Translations under genes and position numbers: made by a program
Part shown: positions 21,926 through 31,777 of the stretch, in pieces
Layout: every line of letters starts with the position of its first letter
Position numbering within the stretch: the first letter of the stretch is position 1
NCBI GenBank assembly: GCA_964623635.1
Contig: CAZUUA010000010.1
Span: 1-63,427 of the forward strand
Length of the DNA: 63,427 nt
Direction: 5' to 3'
Source: an uncultured Ruminococcus sp.
GTDB lineage: Bacteria; Bacillota; Clostridia; Oscillospirales; CAG-272
Notes under the pieces: model-generated
The model's input: the letters and a program-made list of their open reading frames with translations, nothing else
Databases searched by the model: none
Told to the model about the DNA's origin: nothing

Positions 21926-23842
21926 ATGAAACAAATTCCGACCTGGGAAGCACCAAAAACTTCCCGTGTGTATCTGCACCCATACGGCTCCCAAAGACTG
22001 GTGACCGTGTATCCGGATCTGAAGATCACCGATCTGGATCTGATCGACAAAGGCTGGCACTACAACCAGGCAGCCTTTGGTGTGCATACCCTGTTTGGTA
22101 CAGAGCCCACCGAAGCCGATATGGAGCTGACCCAGTGGCAGCGTCCCGAAGGCGGCATCCCGGTATACACCCTGTACAACGTGGATCCCGAAAACGACTG
22201 CGAGATCACCATGACCGCCTTCTCCAGCACCGACCGGATTCCCTACACCTATTGTGAGCTGTCCGTGACCAACGTGAACAACTATCCGGTAAGCGGCACC
22301 ATGGGACTGCTGCCCCGGTACAATAAAGAGGACCATTACCTGACCGGCCTCCATGACACCGGCTACGAACCCTATAACCCCAATGTGGGTCAGTGGTACC
22401 TGAGCTGGCACAACGGCTTCTCTCCCGTTGCCCCCGGCAGTCTTGTTGCCAGTGCCAAGGACGGCTACGGCTGGATGGAGATTTTGGAGACCGAAAACTG
22501 CACGCCGGTTTGGATCTCCCGGAAAGAACAGCTCCACCGGTTCAAGGCCCACGACTACTACCGCATGGACTACAAGCTGCAGCCCGGCGACACCGCTGCG
22601 GTACGGTTCGTCCTGCGCCGTGGAGACTACACCGCCGCACCTACCTTTGACGATGCCCTGGCAGCCACGGTGCATTGGTGGGAGGAGCTGCAGGCCAAGG
22701 TGACAAAACTCCCGGCAGAACCGGCATACGAGGATATGTTCCGGCAGAATATCACCCAGATGATGCAGATGCTCCAGCACTACGAAGGCGTACATCCGGA
22801 TCACATCTATGCCCGGCAGGGCGACGTGGGTCGGTTCCAGTGGGTGTGGGAAGTGGCGCACTTCTCCACCGTTCTGGACACCGTAGGTCTGGCAGAATAC
22901 GCCACCGATGCCTGCCGGATGTGGTACCAGTGCTGGCAGCTCACCGAAGGAGACGAAAAGGGCAAGCTGAACAACCCCTTCGTCCATTGGGACAACACCA
23001 ACGGCTCTGCACTGTGGGCAACGGCACATAACCTGCTGGCAAGAGACGATGCGGCACTGTTCGAGGAATTCCGTCCTTGGATGAATCTGGCACTGGAATA
23101 TATCCAGTATCGCCGAGATCCTGCCAAGAGTGCGGAAGGGGAAGTGAAGGGACTGTTCACCTCCGGTGTGGCCAGCGACTGGGGTGAAGTGGGTCAGCAC
23201 TGGACCTATACCGATGCCGTCAACGCCTACGGGATCCGAGTCATGGCAGAGTGCTACGAACACTTTGGTGCCACAGAAGCCGCATACGTCCGTGGCGTGT
23301 GGCAGGATTACGATGGTGTGCTCCGGGATGTGCTTGCGAAGTTTGCAGCAGAACACCACGGCGAGCGTGCCTACAATATGCCCCACATTTTGGGCGTGGA
23401 GTTTGAGGACAGCTACAGCCACTGCTTCTACACCGACGGCTGCCCCTACCTGATCAAGCTGGGGATCATGGATCCCAAGTCCGAGATCTTCGAGCAGATG
23501 GAGACCTTCTATCGGGAGATCGGCTTCTTAGACGACGAACACGGCGTATCCGGTCGGATGACCAACGATGCCTGTGGGGCCGATGGTCTGTACGGCAACG
23601 TGTACTACACCTGTGTATCGGAGATCCTGTGGATCCAGGCATGGATGGAGAGAGGGGAAACGGAAAAGGCCGCCAAGTATGCCGAGGGTATCCTGAAGTA
23701 CCACGTGACTCCGGAATACATCACCTCCGAACGGTATTGCTCCGTAGACCCCTGGTTCACCCCGTGGCAGCCCAACGCCTCTGGTGCCGGACGACTGTGC
23801 CAGTTCTTGTTGGATTACTTTGGTACTGCGGAAGTAGAATAA
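21926..23842 (+). CDS. Hypothetical protein, probable (alpha/alpha)6-barrel glycoside hydrolase/phosphorylase
   Basis: Strong coding bias; WVWE, HWDNTNG, SDWG, YITSERY and PWQPNASG segments resemble six-hairpin glycosidases; no signal peptide. Confidence 0.55.
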   Translation: MKQIPTWEAPKTSRVYLHPYGSQRLVTVYPDLKITDLDLIDKGWHYNQAAFGVHTLFGTEPTEADMELTQWQRPEGGIPVYTLYNVDPENDCEITMTAFSSTDRIPYTYCELSVTNVNNYPVSGTMGLLPRYNKEDHYLTGLHDTGYEPYNPNVGQWYLSWHNGFSPVAPGSLVASAKDGYGWMEILETENCTPVWISRKEQLHRFKAHDYYRMDYKLQPGDTAAVRFVLRRGDYTAAPTFDDALAATVHWWEELQAKVTKLPAEPAYEDMFRQNITQMMQMLQHYEGVHPDHIYARQGDVGRFQWVWEVAHFSTVLDTVGLAEYATDACRMWYQCWQLTEGDEKGKLNNPFVHWDNTNGSALWATAHNLLARDDAALFEEFRPWMNLALEYIQYRRDPAKSAEGEVKGLFTSGVASDWGEVGQHWTYTDAVNAYGIRVMAECYEHFGATEAAYVRGVWQDYDGVLRDVLAKFAAEHHGERAYNMPHILGVEFEDSYSHCFYTDGCPYLIKLGIMDPKSEIFEQMETFYREIGFLDDEHGVSGRMTNDACGADGLYGNVYYTCVSEILWIQAWMERGETEKAAKYAEGILKYHVTPEYITSERYCSVDPWFTPWQPNASGAGRLCQFLLDYFGTAEVE

Positions 23843-23854
23843 GTTAAGAAATAG

Positions 23855-23894
23855 AAAAAGGGTACAGGCTATTGTATGGCTTGTACCCTTTTTT
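23855..23894. terminator. Bidirectional terminator
   Basis: AAAAAGGGTACAGGC...GCTTGTACCCTTTTTT between convergent genes. Confidence 0.85.
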
Positions 23895-23912
23895 ATGGTG
23901 CAAAAAAGCGCG

Positions 23913-24953
23913 TTATACCGTTTCCCCTTGGTAAATATGCTCTACTGCAAAGCTACTATCCTCACCCAGCGTGATTTTCGTACCACCCAGCATCTCCTTC
24001 TTGTGATAGTCGTAGGTGCCGCACTTGACCCCAAAGGTGTACCGCACCGTGTCATACTGTACGGATAGGGTGATCTTGTGACAGTGTCCGCAGAAGAATC
24101 CATCGATCCCGGCTTCAATAAACATAGGCTGCAGCCGCTGACCGATGACACCCATGCGCTCGTCCATGTAACCAAAGTCACCGGGGCAGGCAGGTGCTAT
24201 GGTGTTCTCGATGTCTACCGGTTCGTCTCCAATGCGGAAGGTGCAGGCCTTGGTACGCAGATCGTCCAGCATAGCATAGCCGGAGCGCACCAAAATATCG
24301 AACACGTCCACGGTGGGAATATGGCACAGGAAGAAGCCCGGTACCGTGTGGCCTACCGTTTCCCGGATGTGCGCAGCAGTGGCAGCTACCCAGTCCAGCT
24401 GGTCCTGACCGAAGTTCATTTCCTTATGCAGTGCCGGGTCCGTGCCGCCAAAGCAGGTGTTGGAGTCCATCATGTACAGCACCCGAAGGAGCGTGTCCCC
24501 ATCGTAAATGCCAATGGTGTAGTTGCAATTGCCGGTCAGCTCTCCACGGGCAAAGAGGCAGTTCTTGGCGTGGCTGTACAGGTCACACTGCCAGTCCACA
24601 CCCATGGCGGTCTCGTTGTCGTGGTTACCAAACACCGGTGCCCACGGAATGCCCAGCGAGGAGAAGCAGTCTGCCAGCTTATGGTGCGAGGTGCCGGCAT
24701 CGTCAAATTCCCCGTAGATCAAGTCTCCCGTGATCACGATCAGATCCGGCTTGGCAGTTTCCACGGTTTTCCGGATGGGATCCAGTGCGTTCATATCGAT
24801 CTTTTCCGTCATCCAGCGAAAGGGCTCGTCTCCACCCAGGCGCTCCGGATACCGTCTTTGCTCAGCATCGATGAGCTGCATATCGGTGAGCTGCAAGATG
24901 GTAAAGGGTTTGCCGGGCTTGGTCTGTACCCGAAAATTGGTAAGTGTATCCAT
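23913..24953 (-). CDS. Calcineurin-like metallophosphoesterase
   Basis: QLTDMQ, TGDL, FGNHD, HIP and GHCH motifs. Confidence 0.88.
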   Translation of the reverse strand: MDTLTNFRVQTKPGKPFTILQLTDMQLIDAEQRRYPERLGGDEPFRWMTEKIDMNALDPIRKTVETAKPDLIVITGDLIYGEFDDAGTSHHKLADCFSSLGIPWAPVFGNHDNETAMGVDWQCDLYSHAKNCLFARGELTGNCNYTIGIYDGDTLLRVLYMMDSNTCFGGTDPALHKEMNFGQDQLDWVAATAAHIRETVGHTVPGFFLCHIPTVDVFDILVRSGYAMLDDLRTKACTFRIGDEPVDIENTIAPACPGDFGYMDERMGVIGQRLQPMFIEAGIDGFFCGHCHKITLSVQYDTVRYTFGVKCGTYDYHKKEMLGGTKITLGEDSSFAVEHIYQGETV

Positions 24954-25073
24954 GGTTTTGTATACCTCCATATATTGTATGGCAATAGTATACAATATAT
25001 CCCGGTAAAAGTCAAGATGACAAGCCAAAAAGCTTTGTCACAAACTGTTTACAAAAATCCGGGCCGGAAGGGC

Positions 25074-25102
25074 TTGACAATTGGAGCAGAATGTGGTATC
25101 AT
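25074..25102 (+). promoter_or_regulatory. Sigma-A promoter of the fab operon
   Basis: TTGACA-17-TATCAT with TG extension. Confidence 0.8.
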
Positions 25103-25119
25103 TATTTCAGATTCAAAGA

Positions 25120-25204
25120 GTAAACACAAGTGTACCGTAAACATGAGGTTACCGTAAACCAAAGTTTACCGTAAACCAAGGTTTACCATAAACCAAGGTT
25201 TACC
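25120..25204. repeat. Five tandem 17-bp palindromic units, consensus GTAAAC-N4-GTTTAC-C
   Basis: gtaaacacaagtgtacc / gtaaacatgaggttacc / gtaaaccaaagtttacc / gtaaaccaaggtttacc / ataaaccaaggtttacc. Confidence 0.95.
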
Positions 25205-25277
25205 ATGCACGGAAGTTTTCCAAACTTCGGATCACCTGGATCTCGAAGGATGCATGAGGACAACAGAGGAGGCAGAG

Positions 25278-26231
25278 ATGGGTTTTCAAATCAGCGGCAC
25301 CGGGAGCGCATTCCCGAAAAAAGTCTTGACCAACGAGGAGCTGTCCCATATGGTGGAGACCAATGACGAATGGATCCGGACAAGAGTAGGCGTGGGTTCC
25401 CGGTATATCGCTACGGAGGAGACCACAGCGGATCTGGCAGAAGCGGCGGCACGACAGGCACTTTGTGAAGCCGGTGTGACCCCGGCAGAGCTGGAGCTGA
25501 TCATCGTGGCCACCATCACGCCGGATACCGTTTGCCCCACCGTAGCCGGAGAGGTACAAAAGCGATTGGGTGCCACCTGTCCTGCCTTTGATATCAATTC
25601 AGCCTGCAGCGGATTTTTGTTCGCACTGGAAACGGCAAACGGTTTCTTTGCCACTGGGAAGGTGAAAAAAGCGTTGGTGATCGGTGCGGAGCGCATGAGC
25701 AAGATCATCGACTGGGAGGATCGTTCCACCTGCGTGATCTTTGGTGACGGTGCCGGTGCTGCCTGCCTGACCGAAGGGGACAGCTGCCTTTGTTCGGAGC
25801 TGATGACCGCCGGCGGCGACGAGGTGATCCGGATCTGTGCCTACCATGGTACCTCTCCGTTCAGCACCTTGCCGGCAGAAAAGCCGGTGGCGCACATGGA
25901 AGGGCAGGAGACCTTCAAGTTTGCGGTGAACGCCATGGTGACCCACATCCAATCCATGTGCGACAAGGTAGGTGTCGTCCCGGCAGAGCTGGACCACATC
26001 GTGCCCCACCAGGCCAATATGCGCATCATCCAGATGGCGGCCCGGCGTATGCGATTGCCCATGGAAAAATTTGTCACCGACATTGAGACTGTAGGCAATA
26101 CGGCAGCCGCCAGCGTACCGATCGCACTGGATGCATTGAACCGCTCCGGTAAGCTGCACCGGGGAGACCTGGTGGCCATGACCGCATTCGGCGGCGGCCT
26201 ATCCAGCGGTGGTGTTATCCTTCGTTGGTGA
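25278..26231 (+). CDS. fabH: Beta-ketoacyl-ACP synthase III
   Basis: SACSGF, FGDGAGA, HQAN and GNTAAAS (Cys-His-Asn triad). Confidence 0.96.
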   Translation: MGFQISGTGSAFPKKVLTNEELSHMVETNDEWIRTRVGVGSRYIATEETTADLAEAAARQALCEAGVTPAELELIIVATITPDTVCPTVAGEVQKRLGATCPAFDINSACSGFLFALETANGFFATGKVKKALVIGAERMSKIIDWEDRSTCVIFGDGAGAACLTEGDSCLCSELMTAGGDEVIRICAYHGTSPFSTLPAEKPVAHMEGQETFKFAVNAMVTHIQSMCDKVGVVPAELDHIVPHQANMRIIQMAARRMRLPMEKFVTDIETVGNTAAASVPIALDALNRSGKLHRGDLVAMTAFGGGLSSGGVILRW

Positions 26232-26357
26232 GTGGGGTATCATGAAGCTTTATAGGAGAGCGAACCACCCCACCCATGAAAATTTTACACAGTAAGCAAA
26301 TCCCATTTTTATAAAAAATCAGTAACCATAGGTTACAACATCTTTTGGAGGTATATT

Positions 26358-26579
26358 ATGATTCTCGAAAAACTGAAGGAAATTATCGCTGACCACACCG
26401 GTGAAGAAGTAGACGCCATCACCCCCGAAACCGCTCTCAGTGATCTGGGTATCGATTCCCTGACCACCGTGGAGATCCTGATGGATGTAGAAGACGAATA
26501 CGGCGTAGCACTGCAGGCCGGTGAGATCGGCAAGACCGTTGGGGAGCTGATCGCCAAGATCGAGGAGGCCAAGCAGTGA
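26358..26579 (+). CDS. acpP: Acyl carrier protein
   Basis: Acidic 73-aa protein with LGIDSL phosphopantetheine site. Confidence 0.93.
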   Translation: MILEKLKEIIADHTGEEVDAITPETALSDLGIDSLTTVEILMDVEDEYGVALQAGEIGKTVGELIAKIEEAKQ

Positions 26580-27526
26580 TCATCACGGACCTGTGCGACC
26601 TTGTCGGCGTTCGGTATCCCATTTTCCAAGGTGGTATGGCGCACGTGTCCGATGCAGGTCTGGCGGCGGCAGTATCGGAAGCCGGGGGATTGGGGATCAT
26701 CTCTGCCATGAGCCGGGATGGTGCCTACGTCCGTGACCAGATCCGCCGGGCAAGAGAGCTGACCACTCGTCCCATTGGCGTGAACGTAATGCTCATGAGC
26801 CCCTACGTGGAGGACGTGGCAACCGTGATCGCCGAGGAAAAGGTCGAGGTGGTGACCACCGGTGCCGGAGATCCGTCGAAGTGTATGGCACGCTGGCTGG
26901 ACGCCGGCTGCAAGGTCATTCCCGTGGTAGCCTCTGCGGGACTGGCCAAAATGATGGAACGACAGGGCGCTCACGCAGTCATTGCCGAAGGTGGTGAATC
27001 CGGCGGTCACATTGGTGAAATGGCCACCATGCCGCTGGTCCCGCAGGTGGTGGATGCAGTGTCTATCCCTGTGATCGCTGCCGGTGGGATCGGAGACGGT
27101 CGTGGACTGGCGGCGGCACTGATGCTGGGGGCTGTGGGTGTCCAGATGGGTACCCGGTTTCTGGTGGCTGCCGAATGCCCGGTGCATCCCCACTTTAAGG
27201 AGCTGGTGCTGAAGGCAGGCGATATTTCCACCATCGTCACCGGCCGCCGTCTGGGACATCCGGTACGCAGTCTGAAGACCCCCTATTCCCGACGGTACGC
27301 CAAGGCAGAATACACCGATATCGACGACGAGACACTGGAGCAAATGGGTGTCGGTGCGCTGCGGAAGGGTGCCGTGGAAGGAGACGAAAAGGATGGCTGC
27401 TACCTGGCCGGACAGATCGCCGGGCTTGTGAAAAAAGAACAGTCGGCATCGGAGATCTTAGAAGAGATCATGACCGAAGCTGAAGACTGCCTGATGGGTG
27501 CCCGACGCTTTATTGCCAATCGGTAA
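26576..27526 (+). CDS. fabK: Enoyl-ACP reductase II
   Basis: QGGMA, EGGESGGHIG, AAGGIGDGRG and QMGTRF motifs. Confidence 0.93.
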   Translation: MIITDLCDLVGVRYPIFQGGMAHVSDAGLAAAVSEAGGLGIISAMSRDGAYVRDQIRRARELTTRPIGVNVMLMSPYVEDVATVIAEEKVEVVTTGAGDPSKCMARWLDAGCKVIPVVASAGLAKMMERQGAHAVIAEGGESGGHIGEMATMPLVPQVVDAVSIPVIAAGGIGDGRGLAAALMLGAVGVQMGTRFLVAAECPVHPHFKELVLKAGDISTIVTGRRLGHPVRSLKTPYSRRYAKAEYTDIDDETLEQMGVGALRKGAVEGDEKDGCYLAGQIAGLVKKEQSASEILEEIMTEAEDCLMGARRFIANR

Positions 27527-27613
27527 GCCAATGTATCAAGGAAACACCGATCGAGAGGATCCGTGTTTGCTTTCACAGAAAGTATTGTTATTTTTACAGA
27601 AAGTCTTATTATA

Positions 27614-28522
27614 ATGAAGAAAATTGCATTCGTATTTGCCGGACAGGGCGCCCAGTACAGCGGCATGGGCCAGAGCTTGTACGAGGTCTCTCCGGCGGCA
27701 AAGGCACTCTATGATGGGGCAGAGACTCTGCGTCCCGGCACCATGGCACAGTCCTTTTCCGGCACAGCCGAGGAGCTGCGGCAGACCGTCAACACCCAGC
27801 CCTGTCTGTATCTGGTTGACTTGGCAGTGGCGTTGGCACTGGAAGAAAATGGCATCCACGCCGACTTTGCCGCTGGGTTCTCTCTGGGGGAAGTGGCAGC
27901 GCTTGCCTATGCCGGTGCCTACTCCCACATGGACGGCTTCTCTCTGGTGACCAAACGAGGCCAGTTCATGGATGCGGCCTCCCGTGGTATGGAACCCGGC
28001 ATGGCAGCGGTGATGAAAATGGAACCGGCCGCCATCGAAGCCCTGTGCCAACAAATCCCGGACGTGTATCCCGTGAACTACAATTCTCCCGGACAGATCG
28101 CCATCTCCGGTACCAAAGCCGGTATCGAGAGCTTCAAAGAAAAAGCGGCAGGGGCACGGGTACTGGACATTCCCGTCAGCGGCGCATTCCATTCTCCGTT
28201 CATGGCTGAAGCTTCCGAAAAGCTGGCCGGTGTGCTGGAGCATATGGACTTCGCCGCACCAAAGATCCCGGTATACGCCAACCTGACCGCAGCTCCCTAT
28301 GCTGAAAACAGCAGAGCGACCTTGGCGGCACAGGTACAAAATCCCGTGCAGTGGCAAAGGTCTGTGGAAAACATGATCGCTGCTGGTGCAGAAGTGTTCA
28401 TCGAATGCGGTGCCGGAAAGACGCTGGCGGGGCTGGTGAGACGCATCGACAAGACCGTGGCGGTGTATTCCGTACAGGATGCCGAAAGTCTGCGTGCGGT
28501 CTGTGAGGAGGTGCTGGCATGA
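27614..28522 (+). CDS. fabD: Malonyl-CoA:ACP transacylase
   Basis: FAGQGAQ, GFSLGE, NYNSPGQ and GAFHS motifs; alternative GTG start at 27563. Confidence 0.95.
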   Translation: MKKIAFVFAGQGAQYSGMGQSLYEVSPAAKALYDGAETLRPGTMAQSFSGTAEELRQTVNTQPCLYLVDLAVALALEENGIHADFAAGFSLGEVAALAYAGAYSHMDGFSLVTKRGQFMDAASRGMEPGMAAVMKMEPAAIEALCQQIPDVYPVNYNSPGQIAISGTKAGIESFKEKAAGARVLDIPVSGAFHSPFMAEASEKLAGVLEHMDFAAPKIPVYANLTAAPYAENSRATLAAQVQNPVQWQRSVENMIAAGAEVFIECGAGKTLAGLVRRIDKTVAVYSVQDAESLRAVCEEVLA

Positions 28523-29274
28523 AACAATATCGAGAGGATATGCTTGCCGAACAGTGTGCCGTGGTGACCGGTGCTGCTCGTGGGATCGGGAAAGCCATCG
28601 CCATCGCTCTTGCCGAAGCTGGTGCCGACATTGCCGTGGTGGACAGAGCCGATGAGACAGCCGCTGCTGACACCATCGCACAGGTAACATCTCTTGGCAG
28701 AAAAGCTACGTTCTACTATGGGGACGTGACCGACTATGCCGGCTGTGAAGTGCTGGTAAAGCAGATCGCTTCGGACTATGGCAAGATCGATATCCTTGTC
28801 AACAATGCCGGGATCACCAAGGATATGCTCCTGCCCCAGATGGACGAAGCTGCCTTTGATGCGGTGATCGGCGTGAACCTGAAGGGTACATTCCATATGA
28901 TGCGCTACGTGTCCCGGCAGATGATGCGGAAGAAATACGGACGGATCGTCAATATCTCGTCGGTAGCCGGGATCATGGGAAATGCCGGACAGGTGAACTA
29001 TGCGGCATCCAAAGCCGGTGTCATCGGTATGACCAAGTCGGCGGCCAAGGAACTGGCTGCCCGTGGGATCACCGTCAATGCTGTGGCGCCGGGGCTGGTG
29101 GAGACGGACATGACCAAGGAGCTGGTGGACAACAACGGACTGGCCGAAAGTGTGCCCCTTGGCAGAATGGCAAAGCCGGAGGAGATCGCAGCCCTTGTGA
29201 CCTATTTGGTTTCCCCTATGGCAGGATATATCACCGGAGACGTGATCCGCATCGACGGTGGTTTGGCAATGTAA
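28519..29274 (+). CDS. fabG: 3-oxoacyl-ACP reductase
   Basis: TGAARGIG, NNAGITKD and YAASK motifs. Confidence 0.95.
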   Translation: MKQYREDMLAEQCAVVTGAARGIGKAIAIALAEAGADIAVVDRADETAAADTIAQVTSLGRKATFYYGDVTDYAGCEVLVKQIASDYGKIDILVNNAGITKDMLLPQMDEAAFDAVIGVNLKGTFHMMRYVSRQMMRKKYGRIVNISSVAGIMGNAGQVNYAASKAGVIGMTKSAAKELAARGITVNAVAPGLVETDMTKELVDNNGLAESVPLGRMAKPEEIAALVTYLVSPMAGYITGDVIRIDGGLAM

Positions 29275-29299
29275 AAGGTAAAGGTAAGGAAGGAATACT

Positions 29300-30547
29300 A
29301 TGAACAGACGAGTTGTCATCACCGGGATGGGCGTGGTCTCTCCCATTGGTTGTGATGTGGAAACATACCAGAAGAATCTGCTACAAGGCGTGTGCGGCAT
29401 CGGAGAGATCACCCGGTTTGATACGGCGGCGTTCAAGGTAAAGGTGGCGGCAGAGGTACGTGACTTCGATCCGCTGGCCTATATGACAAAAATGGAAGTG
29501 AAGCAGACCGACCGCTTTACCCAGTACGCTATTGGTGCCGCTGCCCAGGCTATGGCACAGGCGGAGCTTGGTGAAAACGTGGACCATGACCGATTGGGCG
29601 TATACTTTGGCTCCGGCATCGGCGGCTTCACGACCTTTATGGAAGAATACGACACCATGCAGCAGCGTGGGAATGCCCGTGTGTCGCCCCACTTTGTGCC
29701 CAAGATGATCTCCAATATCGCAGCCGGACAGATCGCCATTCGCTATGGTGCCAAGGGACCCTGCGTATCTGTGACCACCGCCTGTGCCACCGGTACCAAC
29801 GCCATTGGCGAGGCCTTCCGTGCCATCCGACATGGGTACGCCGATGTGGTGATCTCCGGCGGTTCCGAAGCCTCTATCAATCCTTTGGCTGTGGCCGGGT
29901 TCCAGAACTGCATGGCACTGACCCAGACCGCCGATCCCATGCGTGCGTCCATTCCCTTTGATAAGGACAGAAGTGGCTTTGTCATCGGAGAAGGTGCCGG
30001 TGCGCTGGTGTTGGAAGAATGGGAGCACGCCAAGGCAAGAGGGGCCAAGATCCTTTGTGAAGTGGTCGGCTACGGTTCCACCTGCGATGCCTACCACGTG
30101 ACCACCCCCAATCCCACAGGTGAAGACGGCGGTCGTGCCATTCGGCAGGCTATGGATGAGGCTGGCTATACTGCAGCAGATCGGGTGTACATCAATGCCC
30201 ATGGTACCAGCACGCCCCTGAACGACAGCACGGAAACAAAGGCAATCAAGTACGCCATGGGAGACGCAGCCTACGGTGCCGTGGTCAGCTCCACCAAGTC
30301 CATGACCGGACATATGCTGGGTGCCGCCGGTGCCGTGGAAGCCATTGCCGCCGTGATCGCATTGGAGACCGGTACGATCCCACCCACCATTGGCTACCAG
30401 AATCCCGACCCGGACTGCGACCTGGACGTTTGCCCCAACACAGCCAAGCCGTTTGATCCCACGCTGGCACTGTCCACCTCGCTTGGCTTTGGTGGTCACA
30501 ATGCCTGCATTGCGCTGCGTTCATTCGCCAACGAAAGGTCGGTGTGA
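29300..30547 (+). CDS. fabF: Beta-ketoacyl-ACP synthase II
   Basis: TACATG, NAHGTST, KSMTGH and GFGGHN motifs. Confidence 0.96.
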   Translation: MNRRVVITGMGVVSPIGCDVETYQKNLLQGVCGIGEITRFDTAAFKVKVAAEVRDFDPLAYMTKMEVKQTDRFTQYAIGAAAQAMAQAELGENVDHDRLGVYFGSGIGGFTTFMEEYDTMQQRGNARVSPHFVPKMISNIAAGQIAIRYGAKGPCVSVTTACATGTNAIGEAFRAIRHGYADVVISGGSEASINPLAVAGFQNCMALTQTADPMRASIPFDKDRSGFVIGEGAGALVLEEWEHAKARGAKILCEVVGYGSTCDAYHVTTPNPTGEDGGRAIRQAMDEAGYTAADRVYINAHGTSTPLNDSTETKAIKYAMGDAAYGAVVSSTKSMTGHMLGAAGAVEAIAAVIALETGTIPPTIGYQNPDPDCDLDVCPNTAKPFDPTLALSTSLGFGGHNACIALRSFANERSV

Positions 30548-30548
30548 C

Positions 30549-30980
30549 ATGACAAAGGAAGAGATCAAGACCCTTCTGCCCCATAGAGAGCCCATGCTGC
30601 TCATCGACGAAGCAGAGCTTATCGACGGTGTGTCCCATGGAAAGATCCACATCAAAGGAGACGAGTGGTTCCTCAAAGGCCATTTCCCGGATCACCCGGT
30701 GGTACCGGGCGTGATGCTATGTGAGATGCTGGCGCAGTCGGCGTGTATGTGCCTCAAAGACCAGATCAAACCGGGCTCCCTGACCTTCTTTGCCGGACTG
30801 GACAAGGTACGGTTTCAAAATCCCGTGCATCCCGGCGATACGTTGGAGACGGCCTGTGAGATCACCAGAGCCCGTCACCCCTTCTATTTTGCCAAAGGAG
30901 AAGGCAAGGTGGACGGCAAGGTGTGCGTCAAGGCAGAGTTCTCCTTCGTGATAAAAGAACCAAATGAGGAGGAGATGTGA
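30549..30980 (+). CDS. fabZ: 3-hydroxyacyl-ACP dehydratase
   Basis: [11 protein letters not shown] and [12 protein letters not shown] motifs. Confidence 0.94.
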   Translation: MTKEEIKTLLPHREPMLLIDEAELIDGVSHGKIHIKGDEWFLKGHFPDHPVVPGVMLCEMLAQSACMCLKDQIKPGSLTFFAGLDKVRFQNPVHPGDTLETACEITRARHPFYFAKGEGKVDGKVCVKAEFSFVIKEPNEEEM

Positions 30981-31777
30981 TGGCAGAATCTGTAAAATGC
31001 AAAAACTGCGGTGCGGAGCTTGCGGTTAGTGTACTGGCAGGACAGCGGAAGATCTGCCCACGCTGCGGCCACTATTTTCGTATGAGCGCCCGAGAACGCA
31101 TCAATATGGTGACAGATCGCCGCTCCTTCCAGGAACTGGACGGAGAGCTGGTGAGCCACGATGTGCTGCACTTCCCGGACTACGAAAAGAAGCTGGACAA
31201 GGCCATGGAAGAATCCGGCGAAAAGGAAGCGGTACTGACCGGAACAGCCAAGATCGGCGGTCACCCCTGTGCACTGTTCGTGATGGATTCCACCTTCATG
31301 ATGGGTTCTATGGGCACTGTGGTAGGTGAAAAGATCACCCGTCTTTTCGAATATGCTACGGAGCACCGGCTGCCGGTGGTTGGCTTCACCTGTTCCGGTG
31401 GGGCACGAATGCAGGAAGGTGTGCTGTCTCTGATGCAGATGGCCAAGGTCAGCGGTGCGATCCGGTGGCACAGCAATGCAGGACTGCTCTATATTGCAGT
31501 GCTGACCGACCCGACCACCGGTGGTGTCACAGCCAGCTTTGCCATGGAAGGGGACATCATCGCCGCCGAACCCGGTGCCCTCATTGGTTTTGCCGGACAG
31601 AGAGTCATCGAGCAGACCATCGGTCAGAAGCTGCCGGAGGGCTTTCAGAGAGCGGAATTCCAGCTGGAACACGGCTTCTGTGATCTGCTCATCGACCGGC
31701 AGGATATGGAAAAAACATTGGCAAGACTGCTGTCTCTCCACGGGAACGGTTATCAAAAGGATCGGAGGAATGCCTGA
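30980..31777 (+). CDS. accD: Acetyl-CoA carboxylase carboxyltransferase beta
   Basis: CxxC...CxxC zinc finger; [19 protein letters not shown] and GFAG motifs. Confidence 0.94.
   Translation: MAESVKCKNCGAELAVSVLAGQRKICPRCGHYFRMSARERINMVTDRRSFQELDGELVSHDVLHFPDYEKKLDKAMEESGEKEAVLTGTAKIGGHPCALFVMDSTFMMGSMGTVVGEKITRLFEYATEHRLPVVGFTCSGGARMQEGVLSLMQMAKVSGAIRWHSNAGLLYIAVLTDPTTGGVTASFAMEGDIIAAEPGALIGFAGQRVIEQTIGQKLPEGFQRAEFQLEHGFCDLLIDRQDMEKTLARLLSLHGNGYQKDRRNA

Noticed and set aside
25120-25204. Possible CRISPR array
   Set aside because: Units abut with no unique spacers, are only 17 bp, and no cas genes are present
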